The notes beneath the pieces are model-generated. The model was not told the origin of the DNA, searched no databases, and was given only the letters and a program-made list of their open reading frames with translations. From Bacillota bacterium (GTDB taxonomy: Bacteria > Bacillota > Clostridia > Peptostreptococcales > Anaerovoracaceae), in assembly GCA_029239605.1 (NCBI GenBank), contig JARBUO010000011.1, positions 1,429 through 65,428 of the forward strand: 64,000 nucleotides of DNA. Reading direction: 5' to 3'. Positions 9,958 to 19,526 of the stretch are shown in pieces. How positions within the stretch are numbered: the stretch's first letter is position 1; the number at the start of each line of letters is the position of its first letter. Both the position numbers and the translations under genes were made by a program.

Positions 9958-10821
9958 TTATTTCTCCATTGGTTCGCGGGTCTTAAGAATGCTTTTGATC
10001 GCCAGTGCAGCCATGTCAGCTATATCAGTAGCGATTAAACCATACTCTCCCATTTGGTCTGCCGCGAGATCTCCTGCCAATCCATGGAGATATACTCCTG
10101 CGGCGGCAGCCGATTCTCGGTTAAGACCCTGACCAGCCAGCGCGGCAATGATGCCAGACAGCACATCTCCGCTGCCTCCCGTGGCCATTCCGGGATTTCC
10201 TGTTGTATTAATATATGTTTTGCCCTCCGGTGTTGCCACAACACTTCCGGCACCTTTCAGCACCGTTATCGATCCAGTGCGTGAAGCCAATTCCATGGCA
10301 GATTTAAGCCTGTCCCCATTGATTTCAGCCGTTTTCCGTTCCAATAACCGGGCTGCCTCCCCTGGGTGGGGGGTAAGGATTAATTGGGCCCGAGCCTCCT
10401 TCATTACGTCAAGTTCCCCTTTGAGGAGGTTCAAACCGTCTGCATCGAGCACCACAGGCTTGTCGGTTGCTCGTAAAATTTTTTTTATCAGTACACCATC
10501 CTTCGCATCAACTCCTAACCCCGGACCGATGACAATTGCCGTATATTGCATCAAATCCTCTAGTAAACGCTCTCTGGATAAGCAGGTGGCCTCTGGTATT
10601 CCGATTTGCAGGATTGGGAAAAGCTCTTCCGGGACTGAAACTCTAACCAGGCCCGCTCCCGTTCTAAGAGCAGCCCTTGCACATAATACCGCTGCCCCGG
10701 CCATTCCCTTCGATCCGGCATAAATCAAAATCTTTCCGCAATCACCCTTATGTATATCCCTATCACGTTTCTTAATTAAAGTATTGACATAAGACTTAGT
10801 AATTAAACCATTATTTTTCAT
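9958..10821 (-). CDS. nnrD: ADP-dependent NAD(P)H-hydrate dehydratase (stand-alone YjeF_C)
   Basis: HKG..G, GPGLG, DADGL, TPHPGE, LKGA, MATGGSGDVLSG motifs. Confidence 0.93.
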   Translation of the reverse strand: MKNNGLITKSYVNTLIKKRDRDIHKGDCGKILIYAGSKGMAGAAVLCARAALRTGAGLVRVSVPEELFPILQIGIPEATCLSRERLLEDLMQYTAIVIGPGLGVDAKDGVLIKKILRATDKPVVLDADGLNLLKGELDVMKEARAQLILTPHPGEAARLLERKTAEINGDRLKSAMELASRTGSITVLKGAGSVVATPEGKTYINTTGNPGMATGGSGDVLSGIIAALAGQGLNRESAAAAGVYLHGLAGDLAADQMGEYGLIATDIADMAALAIKSILKTREPMEK

Positions 10822-11010
10822 TTTTTCTCACCCCAATAAATTCAACGGTCACTTTACAGGATTCCCCAATCTTTCTTATTATAACAGGGATAAGATTTTT
10901 TGTTCAGAAAAGATTGACAGCCACGACGGACAACGTCTTCATATTAAGTAAAATATGAAGAAGCGCTGCCTGCCGCGGCCGTTGTAAATCTACTTCTGTT
11001 ATGCCCATTG

Positions 11011-12384
11011 TTAAATCCCCAAGATAAACGATGCCAGCGCGAAATATGTCACCACGGATACCATATCCGTCAGGGACGCGATCATAGGACTGGCCATCAA
11101 GGCAGGGTCGATTCCTGCTTTCTTAGCAAAGATCGGGAGCATACTTCCGATGGTTTTCGCTGCAATGACGATGAGCATCATCGAGGCACAGACTGTAACT
11201 GCAATCATGGCACTCTGTCCGTCCAACCAGTAGATCCTTGCAAAGTTAAGTGCGCTGAGCACCAGCCCGATGAGGAAGCTGACCCGCAGTTCTTTCCAGA
11301 GGACGCTTAGAGCATCTCCGGTTTCCACATCTCCTACAGCCAGACCACGGATAACAAGGGTGGCGGACTGGGACCCCGAATTCCCCCCTGTGCCCATGAG
11401 CATCGGCATATAGGTTACCAAAACGATTACCTTGGAAAGACCCTCCTGAAAATTGGAGATGATGCTTCCTGTAATCACGTAGGAGCACATCAGGACGAAA
11501 AGCCAGGGTAGACGGTTTCTCACGTGATGCCATACGCTCATATCCAGATATTCCTCGGTGGAAACAGCCATACCGGCCATTTTGTGAAAGTCCTCAGTGG
11601 CCTCTTCATCAATGACATCCAGGATGTCATCTACGGTGATGATTCCCACAAGTCTGTGTTCGTTGTCTACAACGGGAATCGCAAGGAAGCCGTATTTTTT
11701 AAATGCATCGGAGACATCCTCCTGATCATCCAGCACATTGACATAGATGATATCTTCATGCATCAGGTCGCCGACCTGAACATTGTCATCAGCAACCACA
11801 AGGGTTCTGAGAGATACGATGCCCAGCAGTCTCCTGCCTTCATCCTTAATATAGCAGGTGTAAACCGTTTCCCGGTCCATCCCCTCTTTTTTAATGTAAG
11901 CCAATGCTTCAGCAACGGTCATGTTCTTTCGAAGACTGATATAGTCCGGCGTCATCAAACTGCCTGCACTGGTTTCCGGATAATTCAGAAATGTGTTGAT
12001 GAGCCTTCGCTCCTCTTTCGTGGACTTTTCAAGAATCTTATCCACTACATTGGCGGGGAGTTCTTCCAGCACGTCAATCATGTCATCAAAGGCCAATTCA
12101 TCGATAATATGCTGTACTTCCCGGTCCGTAATAACGGATATGATTTCAATCTGATCGTCAATAGGCAGGTACGCAAAAACCTCCGCAGATACATCCTTTG
12201 GCAAAGTACGGAACAGGATAATCGCTTTTTCGATCCCCAGATCCTCGATAATCTCCTCCAAAATTTCTGCGATATCGACGGTGTTATTCTTTAATATTTC
12301 ATCTCTTGCTCTGCTGTACTTTTTTGCATCTAACAGTTCAAGAATAGTCTGGATGATTCCATCCATTACAGATTCGTTCTCCAT
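11011..12384 (-). CDS. mgtE: Magnesium transporter MgtE
   Basis: MgtE_N, two CBS domains (AGSLMTP, GIITVDD), RLPWL, GGNSGSQS, DPAL; start reassigned to ATG 12384 after AAAGGAGGT. Confidence 0.95.
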   Translation of the reverse strand: MENESVMDGIIQTILELLDAKKYSRARDEILKNNTVDIAEILEEIIEDLGIEKAIILFRTLPKDVSAEVFAYLPIDDQIEIISVITDREVQHIIDELAFDDMIDVLEELPANVVDKILEKSTKEERRLINTFLNYPETSAGSLMTPDYISLRKNMTVAEALAYIKKEGMDRETVYTCYIKDEGRRLLGIVSLRTLVVADDNVQVGDLMHEDIIYVNVLDDQEDVSDAFKKYGFLAIPVVDNEHRLVGIITVDDILDVIDEEATEDFHKMAGMAVSTEEYLDMSVWHHVRNRLPWLFVLMCSYVITGSIISNFQEGLSKVIVLVTYMPMLMGTGGNSGSQSATLVIRGLAVGDVETGDALSVLWKELRVSFLIGLVLSALNFARIYWLDGQSAMIAVTVCASMMLIVIAAKTIGSMLPIFAKKAGIDPALMASPMIASLTDMVSVVTYFALASFILGI

Positions 12385-12453
12385 GGGACTTACCTCCTTT
12401 TCTAGCTTCGTTGATTTGAAAGACAAATCAGTGTCACTGCAGGAAAATGTCAG

Positions 12454-12529
12454 GTCCCGGCCTAACCGTTATGTAGCCTTTCGGAGAACTGCCTTAAAGG
12501 CACTTGAAAGCAACGGTGAAAGCAAGGAC
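12454..12529 (-). promoter_or_regulatory. Nested stem-loop in the mgtE 5' leader (candidate cis-regulatory RNA)
   Basis: Nested pairings GTCC/GGAC, ACCGTT/AACGGT, CTTTC/GAAAG, TGCCT/AGGCA on the mRNA strand. Confidence 0.5.
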
Positions 12530-12583
12530 TTTACCATTTTCAATTATGATATTCATCCGCTCGTGACTCGGTCCTAAATCCAT
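12494..12583 (-). CDS. Candidate 29-aa leader peptide upstream of mgtE
   Basis: AAAGGAGTG RBS then ATG; MDLGPSHERMNIIIENGKVLAFTVAFKCL*. Confidence 0.5.
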   Translation of the reverse strand: MDLGPSHERMNIIIENGKVLAFTVAFKCL

Positions 12584-12669
12584 TACTTTCACTCCTTTTC
12601 AGATAAATTTAATGCGGCGGTACCGCGGTAGAATCTTTCCCCCTGCTCAGCAGGTCCAAAATTCTGCAC

Positions 12670-12706
12670 AAAACAAAATAATGGTTAGTTTCTACACTAA
12701 CCATTA
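12670..12706 (-). terminator. ilvD terminator-like hairpin (could also be an operator at the mgtE transcription start)
   Basis: TAATGGTTAG-N8-CTAACCATTA followed by TTTTGTTTTG on the minus strand. Confidence 0.55.
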
Positions 12707-12707
12707 A

Positions 12708-12737
12708 ATTATAACTTATTTTTATTTTATTTTGCAA
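12708..12737 (-). promoter_or_regulatory. Sigma-A promoter for mgtE
   Basis: TTGCAA-N18-TATAAT on the minus strand. Confidence 0.55.
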
Positions 12738-12770
12738 GAGTTTTAAAAATAAAATGAGGCTTCCATTTTC

Positions 12771-14432
12771 CTACACTTCCAAAACAGCACCGGTATTCGC
12801 GGAGGTGACAAGTTTTGCGTATCTTGCCAGATATCCTGATTTTACTTTTGGCTCAGGTTTGATATAGGCTGCTCTTCTGGCTTCAATTTCTTTGTCGGGT
12901 AAATCAACCGCCAACTTTCTTCCGGGGATGTCGATGTGAATGATATCTCCGTCTTTCAACAGACCGATCAACCCTCCGCTCATGGCTTCCGGGGAAACAT
13001 GGCCGATGGACGCACCTCTGGATGCACCCGAGAATCTTCCGTCCGTAATCAGCGCAACGTCTTTGTCCAGTCCCATGCCTGCAATGGATGAGGTCGGAGA
13101 GAGCATTTCCCGCATTCCGGGTCCGCCTTTCGGTCCCTCGTAACGAATGACGATGATGTCACCCTTTTTGATCTTTTTATCCCAGATCGCAGCAGAAGCT
13201 TCTTCTTCGGAATTAAATACCACAGCAGGCCCGGAGTGCGACAGCATTTCTTCCGCTACGGCAGATTCTTTGACCACCGCTCCGTCAGGAGCAAGGTTAC
13301 CTCTCAGCACTGCAAGACCGCCCCTGTTCCTGTAAGGCTCATCGATGGATTTAATCACGCTGTAATCTGCAACAGGAGTGACGGAGATATTTTCGCCGAT
13401 GGTCTTTCCCGTAACTGTGATGCAGTCCTTGATAATCAGATCTCTTTTTGTAAGCTCATTCATGAGTGCAGGAATGCCTCCTGCTCTATGAAGGTCTTCG
13501 ATATGATGATGCCCGCTGGGGCTGAGTTTTGCGATATAAGGAGTCTTTTCGCTGATCTGGTCGAAGAGTTCCAGATTCAGCTTAATTCCAGCCTCATGAG
13601 CAATTGCCGGCAGATGAAGTACGGTATTGGTGGAACCTGCCATAGCCATGTCTACGGTTATCGCATTGCGGAACGCATCCTCTGTCATGATATCTCTTGG
13701 TTTGATGTTTTTCTCTACCATCTCCATAATTTTTACACCGGCCATTTTGGCAAGGCGTACGCGTTCTCCGGTATCAGCCAGCGCTGTGCCGTTGTATGGA
13801 AGACCCATTCCAAGGACTTCAGTAAGACAGTTCATGCTGTTGGCAGTAAACAGGCCGGAGCAGGAACCGCAGCCCGGACAGGCATTGAGTGCAACCTCTT
13901 CCAGCTCGTCCTCTGTACAGTCACCGTTACGATATGCGCCGATTTTTTCCATAATACTGTTGAAATCCAGCACGTTTCCGTTGGAATATCCTGCTCTCAT
14001 AGCGCCCCCGCTGACAACAACCGCTGGAATGTTCAACCTTGCCGCCGCCATCAGCATTCCCGGTACAATTTTATCGCAGTTGGGAATCAAAACAAGCCCG
14101 TCAAAAGCATGTCCCTTTGCCATGGCTTCAATGGAGTCAGCAACCAATTCCCTGCTTGCAAGGGGATATTTCATTCCATCATGTCCCATGGCAATGCCGT
14201 CGCAAATCCCGATGGATGGGAATTCAACCGGTGTGCCTCCAGCCAAAGAAACACCTTTTTTTGCGGCCTCGGCAATCCGGTCCAAATGCATATGTCCCGG
14301 TACAATTTCGTTTTGGGAATTGACGATACCAATCAGTGGCCGATCTATTTCTTCACGGATATAACCCATTCCATAAAATAAAGTACGCACCGATGCGCCG
14401 GAAGGTCCGCTCTTAATCTTGTCGCTGTTCAT
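12771..14432 (-). CDS. ilvD: Dihydroxy-acid dehydratase
   Basis: [45 protein letters not shown] motifs. Confidence 0.97.
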   Translation of the reverse strand: MNSDKIKSGPSGASVRTLFYGMGYIREEIDRPLIGIVNSQNEIVPGHMHLDRIAEAAKKGVSLAGGTPVEFPSIGICDGIAMGHDGMKYPLASRELVADSIEAMAKGHAFDGLVLIPNCDKIVPGMLMAAARLNIPAVVVSGGAMRAGYSNGNVLDFNSIMEKIGAYRNGDCTEDELEEVALNACPGCGSCSGLFTANSMNCLTEVLGMGLPYNGTALADTGERVRLAKMAGVKIMEMVEKNIKPRDIMTEDAFRNAITVDMAMAGSTNTVLHLPAIAHEAGIKLNLELFDQISEKTPYIAKLSPSGHHHIEDLHRAGGIPALMNELTKRDLIIKDCITVTGKTIGENISVTPVADYSVIKSIDEPYRNRGGLAVLRGNLAPDGAVVKESAVAEEMLSHSGPAVVFNSEEEASAAIWDKKIKKGDIIVIRYEGPKGGPGMREMLSPTSSIAGMGLDKDVALITDGRFSGASRGASIGHVSPEAMSGGLIGLLKDGDIIHIDIPGRKLAVDLPDKEIEARRAAYIKPEPKVKSGYLARYAKLVTSANTGAVLEV

Positions 14433-14714
14433 TCTGTACCTCCTTTTTTTGTCTTATTGTCTGACAAATCCGAATAATTAATGGGACTATTATACATGAA
14501 ATTTCCCACGCGGTCAAAATGTTTCCCATGTATTTTAAAAATTACATGGGATCATTGTTTAATTCCAGACCATGATCAAAATACTGAAGATTTGCAAGCG
14601 TAAACAACCATGCTGAATTTTTATCACTTTCTTGCGATTTTATAAATTTTTTGATTTTTCAGTTTATTGGGTGTAGAATATCCTGGAAGTTTATTTTAGA
14701 TTAATTGGAGGTGA

Positions 14715-17099
14715 GTGAATTTGAAAAGGAAGGGTCTCAGCTTTTTCCTGGCATCCGCTCTGATACTTGGAAGTGTGAGCGTCTCATTTGCGGATACGGT
14801 CTACACGGTAAAAGACGGTGATGTTTTGTGGAAAATAGCGAAAAAGTATGAAACGACCTGGCAGGCGTTGGCAGAGTACAATAAGCTTGCCAATCCTAAT
14901 CTGATCTATGTCAATCAGCAGCTATCCATTCCTGACAGTGTGCAGAAGGACGAGCCATTACCCCAGACTGCTCCGGAACCCGCTCCCGAACCTGTTACGG
15001 CACCCGCACAGGACACACAGAAAGTTGAAGTACCAGCTCAGGTTCAGGCTGATTATGACAAATTTATGGCTGCTGTGGATCATCAGTACGCTTACAACAT
15101 TGCACTGGAACTGTCCACAAATCCAAAATACTGGTCTTCCAGCCTTGGTACCAGAACAGCAGGCAGTGAAGCGGAACACAAAGCCGCAGATTATCTCCTT
15201 GCCGAAATGAAGAAGCTCGGTCTGTCTGACACGGAAAAGGTAGCGACGGATGTGACCAAATGGCAGTTCAACGGTGCTTCTCTCTCTTTTGCAGGAGACA
15301 GCAAAGTGATCCAACCCCATTCTTATGCAACTGCTGCAACTCCAAAGGAGGGTATTACCTCAGAAATCGTATATGTAGGAAAAGGCACCATGTACGATTA
15401 TGACGGCATCGATGTGAAGGGAAAGATCGTTCTCATCGATCTGGATCAAAGAGCCGACTGGTGGATTACCTATCCCATGCTTGAGGCAGAATTGCAGGGA
15501 GCAGCGGCAATCCTCAGCGCCAATGTGGGCGGCTTTGCTCAGGTAAACAAAGATGCGCTTAATTCCCAGGATATCTGCGGACCCACAAGCATACCTTGCG
15601 TCAGTATCAGTGTAAATGATTCGGATTACATAAGAGCCAAGCTGGCAAAGGGACCCGTTACCGCTACCCTTAAGGTGGACAATGAAGTATCCGATGGCGG
15701 CACTTCCTACAATATCATGGGAAAAATCAAAGGAAAAAGCTCTGACCAGCAAATCGTAATAGGCGGGCACTATGATATGTATTTCAAGGGCTTCCAGGAT
15801 GACAGCTGTGCCGTAGGCCTTGTGCTTGCCATGGCAAAGGCCATGAAAGACAGCGGCTACGTTCCGGATAACGATATCGTGTTTGTCATTCATGGTGCAG
15901 AGGAATGGGGTACCACATACAGCTTATTCGACTGGACAACAGGCGCATGGAATATGATCAACAAGGCTCACCCGGAGTGGGTTGGAAAAACCCTGGCCTT
16001 TATTAATTTCGAGCTTCCGGCTTATGAATTCGGTGATTACACAAGCGTCTATTCCGCACCGGAAATGTACAGCATGATTGATTATTATGTCAATGAGTTT
16101 CCGCTGTCTCCCAATCCTGTCAATTGCTTCCCGGAGGGGGTCAAGACTGCAGGATACCAGACGTATACGTATTCCGATGATTTCTCCTACTATGCAGCAG
16201 GTGTTCCTTCCACAGTAAACGGCTTCCTGCTTCAGGAAGACATGGAGACAGTATTCCCATTCTATGTGGATCGGTATCATTCTCAGTTTGATGATCCCTC
16301 CACCTACAACAAGGACGTAATGGACTTCAATATTAAGTTCTACGGCGCTCTTGTCTCCTATATCGACAAAACCCCTGCACTGTATCTCGATTATACTGCA
16401 CAGTACGACAGGCTGCTCGCAGCCTTTGATGAGGAATTCTGCAAAGCCTCAGGCGGGGATTCCGCTGCCTATCTGGCAGCCCTGAACGAATTGAAGGCCG
16501 CCGCTGAAACAGCTGCGAAGAAAGTTGTGGACTTGAACAAGGAATACAACAGTGCCGTCATTTCCGGCGCAGATCCTTCAAAAATAACACAGCTTGCAGC
16601 GGAAGCGAAGGCACTGAACAAAAAGAATTTGAAAGCGTTCAAATTTGCTCAGGACCAATTCCTCGGACTCATGTACGAAAGACCTATCGTCCCCCATGAA
16701 GCACCACAGGAAAACATTCAGCTGATGGAAACAATCATCGATTGTCTAAAGGCTGGCGATGTTGTGAAAGCGGCAGATGAGTACGCCTGGCAGGTCAATA
16801 ATATTCTTGAATGGTACAGCATGTACTTCAGTCCTGAAGTAATCGCTCAGCAAAACGATATGTTCTGGGGCAAGGATAATCAGGATAACCTCTACTGGGG
16901 TACCGGCAGGAACTTTACCCCTGCAAATGTAGAAGCAGCGACCAGAGGCCTCATGGAAAAGTATGACGCACCCGGCAGCGACTTCTCGGCAGAAATCGCA
17001 GTTTACCAGAAAGCAATTGACAAGCAGAAAATCATCTATCAAGAAAAGCTGGTCAAAGAAACCGCAGCAATGCGTGATCTGGCTAAAATGCTGAAATAG
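14715..17099 (+). CDS. Secreted LysM + PA-domain M28 family metallopeptidase
   Basis: Signal peptide; LysM YTVKDGDVLWKIA; PA (YVGKG..DVKGKIVL); GGHYD, DD, AEE, YH zinc-site motifs. Confidence 0.85.
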   Translation: MNLKRKGLSFFLASALILGSVSVSFADTVYTVKDGDVLWKIAKKYETTWQALAEYNKLANPNLIYVNQQLSIPDSVQKDEPLPQTAPEPAPEPVTAPAQDTQKVEVPAQVQADYDKFMAAVDHQYAYNIALELSTNPKYWSSSLGTRTAGSEAEHKAADYLLAEMKKLGLSDTEKVATDVTKWQFNGASLSFAGDSKVIQPHSYATAATPKEGITSEIVYVGKGTMYDYDGIDVKGKIVLIDLDQRADWWITYPMLEAELQGAAAILSANVGGFAQVNKDALNSQDICGPTSIPCVSISVNDSDYIRAKLAKGPVTATLKVDNEVSDGGTSYNIMGKIKGKSSDQQIVIGGHYDMYFKGFQDDSCAVGLVLAMAKAMKDSGYVPDNDIVFVIHGAEEWGTTYSLFDWTTGAWNMINKAHPEWVGKTLAFINFELPAYEFGDYTSVYSAPEMYSMIDYYVNEFPLSPNPVNCFPEGVKTAGYQTYTYSDDFSYYAAGVPSTVNGFLLQEDMETVFPFYVDRYHSQFDDPSTYNKDVMDFNIKFYGALVSYIDKTPALYLDYTAQYDRLLAAFDEEFCKASGGDSAAYLAALNELKAAAETAAKKVVDLNKEYNSAVISGADPSKITQLAAEAKALNKKNLKAFKFAQDQFLGLMYERPIVPHEAPQENIQLMETIIDCLKAGDVVKAADEYAWQVNNILEWYSMYFSPEVIAQQNDMFWGKDNQDNLYWGTGRNFTPANVEAATRGLMEKYDAPGSDFSAEIAVYQKAIDKQKIIYQEKLVKETAAMRDLAKMLK

Positions 17100-17117
17100 T
17101 TCACAAAGGATCGAATC

Positions 17118-17155
17118 AAAAGACGAGGTAAATTACAGACCTCGTCTTTTCTTTT
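17118..17155 (+). terminator. Intrinsic terminator
   Basis: AAAAGACGAGGT...ACCTCGTCTTTT plus T-rich tail. Confidence 0.8.
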
Positions 17156-17265
17156 CGCTCTTCTTTTCTTTTTTCTCGTTTCTTTTCTATTTCTCAGGCG
17201 ATATAAGCAAAGCACCGCTTTACCACACTACATTATGATTTATTTGTCGAATTTTGTTATTTTTC

Positions 17266-17292
17266 TAAAGTTTTTGTAACGAAAGCCGATAA
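17266..17292 (+). promoter_or_regulatory. Sigma-D (FliA) promoter upstream of the PTS-EIIC-EAL gene
   Basis: TAAA-N15-GCCGATAA, an exact consensus match. Confidence 0.8.
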
Positions 17293-17307
17293 TGCTTTAA
17301 TAAATAT

Positions 17308-17324
17308 TATATCTGTCAGATATA
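17308..17324. promoter_or_regulatory. Palindrome TATATCTG-T-CAGATATA, candidate operator
   Basis: Perfect 8-bp arms just downstream of the sigma-D promoter. Confidence 0.45.
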
Positions 17325-17369
17325 TTTTTTAAAAGTAAAAACGTTTCACAGTACGGAAAGTGATAAAAG

Positions 17370-19526
17370 ATGATAAAGAAAATATCCCTCCTTAACCGCT
17401 TTTACCGTTATGACAAAAGAATCAGCAGTATGCCGTTACTGATCGCCATAAGAAAGGGTCTAACTTATATGATTCCCTTGCTTTTACTGGGTTCTTTCGC
17501 ACTGTTGATATTCAGTCTTCCCGTTCCCGCCTACCAGAATTTCATGACCCATCGATTTGGGGAGAGCTGGGGATACCTCCTCACCATGGTCCGCGACAGC
17601 ACCTTCGGCATTATGTCTCCCCTAATGGTAATTTGCATCAGCTATTCCTATGCCAGCGAAATCGGGATGAAACGCAACATCAGCCCGATCATAGCCGCAT
17701 CGGTGTCACTTGCGTCCTATATTGCGATCTGCGGCATCAGCAATAAGGATTTCCAAATTTCAAATCTTGGACCCACTGGTATTTTTGTTGCTATCATTGT
17801 TTCTGCAGGTTCATCAGTTCTGTTTATGCAGTTATCATCATGGAATGGGTTTCGGTTAAAAGCATACACAAAAGGAGCAGACGCAGTTTTTAAACACGCC
17901 CTTTCCTCAATTTTTCCTGCAGCAGTCACTGTGGCTTTTTTTGCTGGTGCAAACGTTATGTTGTTTCGTATCTTTCATATTTCAAGCATTCAAATGTTTT
18001 TATCGGATTATTTCAGTGCGCTTTTTGCAAAGATGGAGTCTCCCTTTCTCAGCGGCTTATTGTTTATCATTATGATTCATCTCTTCTGGTTTTTTGGCGT
18101 GCATGGCAGCAATGTTCTGGAGCCGGTCACCCAAACGGTTTTCCAGCCAGGAACCTCATGGAACCTGAGTCTCCTGGAAGCAGGCCTTCCACCGGGTGCT
18201 GTTTTTACCAAAACCTTTTTTGACTCCTTTGTTCTTATGGGCGGATGCGGTACTGCCATTTGTCTTGTTACGGCCATCCTTCTTATAGGAAGGTATAAGA
18301 ATCAAAGAGAACTGGCGAAACTTTCCGTACTCCCCCTGATATTCAATATCAATGAGATGATTGTATTCGGACTTCCCATTGTTCTGAATCCCATTTTTCT
18401 GATTCCGTTTCTCGGTGTTCCCATCCTGCTGACGATTACAACCTTTCTTGCAATGCATTATGGCATCGTACCGTACACAATACACGCCGTGGAATGGACG
18501 ACCCCGATTCTCCTCAGCGGATATATCTCTACACAGTCAATCAGCGGAAGCTTGCTTCAGCTTTTCAATTTCGTGCTTGGAACCATTTGCTATATTCCGT
18601 TTGTAAAGCTGTCTGAAATGGCATCTCAGGAGCAGATCAAGCTCAACTTGCAAAAAGTCTATGCAGTTTACAAGGAAAATGAAGAACGTGGATATCCACC
18701 TGCCCTTTTGTCAAGGCATGACGAGATTGGCAATTTATCAAGGTCCCTCGCCTCAGATCTGGTTGATGACCTCAAAAATGAAAAATTGGAACTCTACTAC
18801 CAACCCCAGATAGATTACAACGGCAGAATCTTTGGTATCGAGGCGCTTTTGCGCTGGAACCACCCGGTTTATGGCTATATCTATCCGCCTCTGATTATTG
18901 CTCTTGCTGAGGAAACCAGCCGCATTGACAGCCTTGGCCGCTGGATCTTTACCAAATCTTTTGATGATCTGAGATGCCTGAGAAATTCCGGTTTCGGGGA
19001 CATCTCTCTTTCGGTGAATGTGTCTGCTGTTCAATTGGAAAACGAAACCCTGGTCCCTTGGCTGAAAGAAAAAATGGAATGGCATGAATTACCTTTCCAC
19101 TCCGTAAAGATCGAAATCACAGAACAGATCGCCCTTGCCGGCAGCCACAAAATAATGAATCAGATTGACGCCATCAGGCAGCTTGGAATCAAGCTTGCTA
19201 TGGATGACTTCGGCATGGGACACAGTTCTCTGAAATATTTGAAAGAATACGAATTTGATACTATTAAGCTTGACGGAAGTTTGATCAGGGAAGTTGTAAG
19301 CAACAGCAACTGCAGAACAATCATCTCCTCCATTGTGTATCTTTGCAAATCTCTCGACTGCTCCATCATTGCGGAATACGTGGAAGAGGAAGAGCAAAAG
19401 AATATACTGTATCAGCTGGGCTGCGAGAAATATCAGGGATATCTTTACAGCGAACCCCTTCGCTATGAAGAGCTGATCCAGTACCTGAACAAGTATGTCC
19501 GTAATACAAGCTGCGGTTTGAACTAG
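17370..19526 (+). CDS. PTS EIIC (cellobiose/lactose family) - EAL c-di-GMP phosphodiesterase fusion
   Basis: FWFFGVHG, GGCG, FNINE..FGLPIVLNP (EIIC); YQPQ, EALLRW, EITE, DDFG, KLD, EYVE, QGY (EAL). Confidence 0.9.
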   Translation: MIKKISLLNRFYRYDKRISSMPLLIAIRKGLTYMIPLLLLGSFALLIFSLPVPAYQNFMTHRFGESWGYLLTMVRDSTFGIMSPLMVICISYSYASEIGMKRNISPIIAASVSLASYIAICGISNKDFQISNLGPTGIFVAIIVSAGSSVLFMQLSSWNGFRLKAYTKGADAVFKHALSSIFPAAVTVAFFAGANVMLFRIFHISSIQMFLSDYFSALFAKMESPFLSGLLFIIMIHLFWFFGVHGSNVLEPVTQTVFQPGTSWNLSLLEAGLPPGAVFTKTFFDSFVLMGGCGTAICLVTAILLIGRYKNQRELAKLSVLPLIFNINEMIVFGLPIVLNPIFLIPFLGVPILLTITTFLAMHYGIVPYTIHAVEWTTPILLSGYISTQSISGSLLQLFNFVLGTICYIPFVKLSEMASQEQIKLNLQKVYAVYKENEERGYPPALLSRHDEIGNLSRSLASDLVDDLKNEKLELYYQPQIDYNGRIFGIEALLRWNHPVYGYIYPPLIIALAEETSRIDSLGRWIFTKSFDDLRCLRNSGFGDISLSVNVSAVQLENETLVPWLKEKMEWHELPFHSVKIEITEQIALAGSHKIMNQIDAIRQLGIKLAMDDFGMGHSSLKYLKEYEFDTIKLDGSLIREVVSNSNCRTIISSIVYLCKSLDCSIIAEYVEEEEQKNILYQLGCEKYQGYLYSEPLRYEELIQYLNKYVRNTSCGLN

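Noticed and set aside
9958-10821. nnrD lacking the epimerase domain as a possible truncation
   Set aside because: Stand-alone dehydratases are common in Firmicutes; the ORF is intact with its own RBS
12384-12700. M-box (ykoK) riboswitch call for the mgtE leader
   Set aside because: Conserved M-box sequence not recognised; reported as an unknown leader instead
13236-14381. Long + strand ORFs (381 aa, 245 aa) opposite ilvD
   Set aside because: Antisense shadows of a conserved gene; no recognisable motifs
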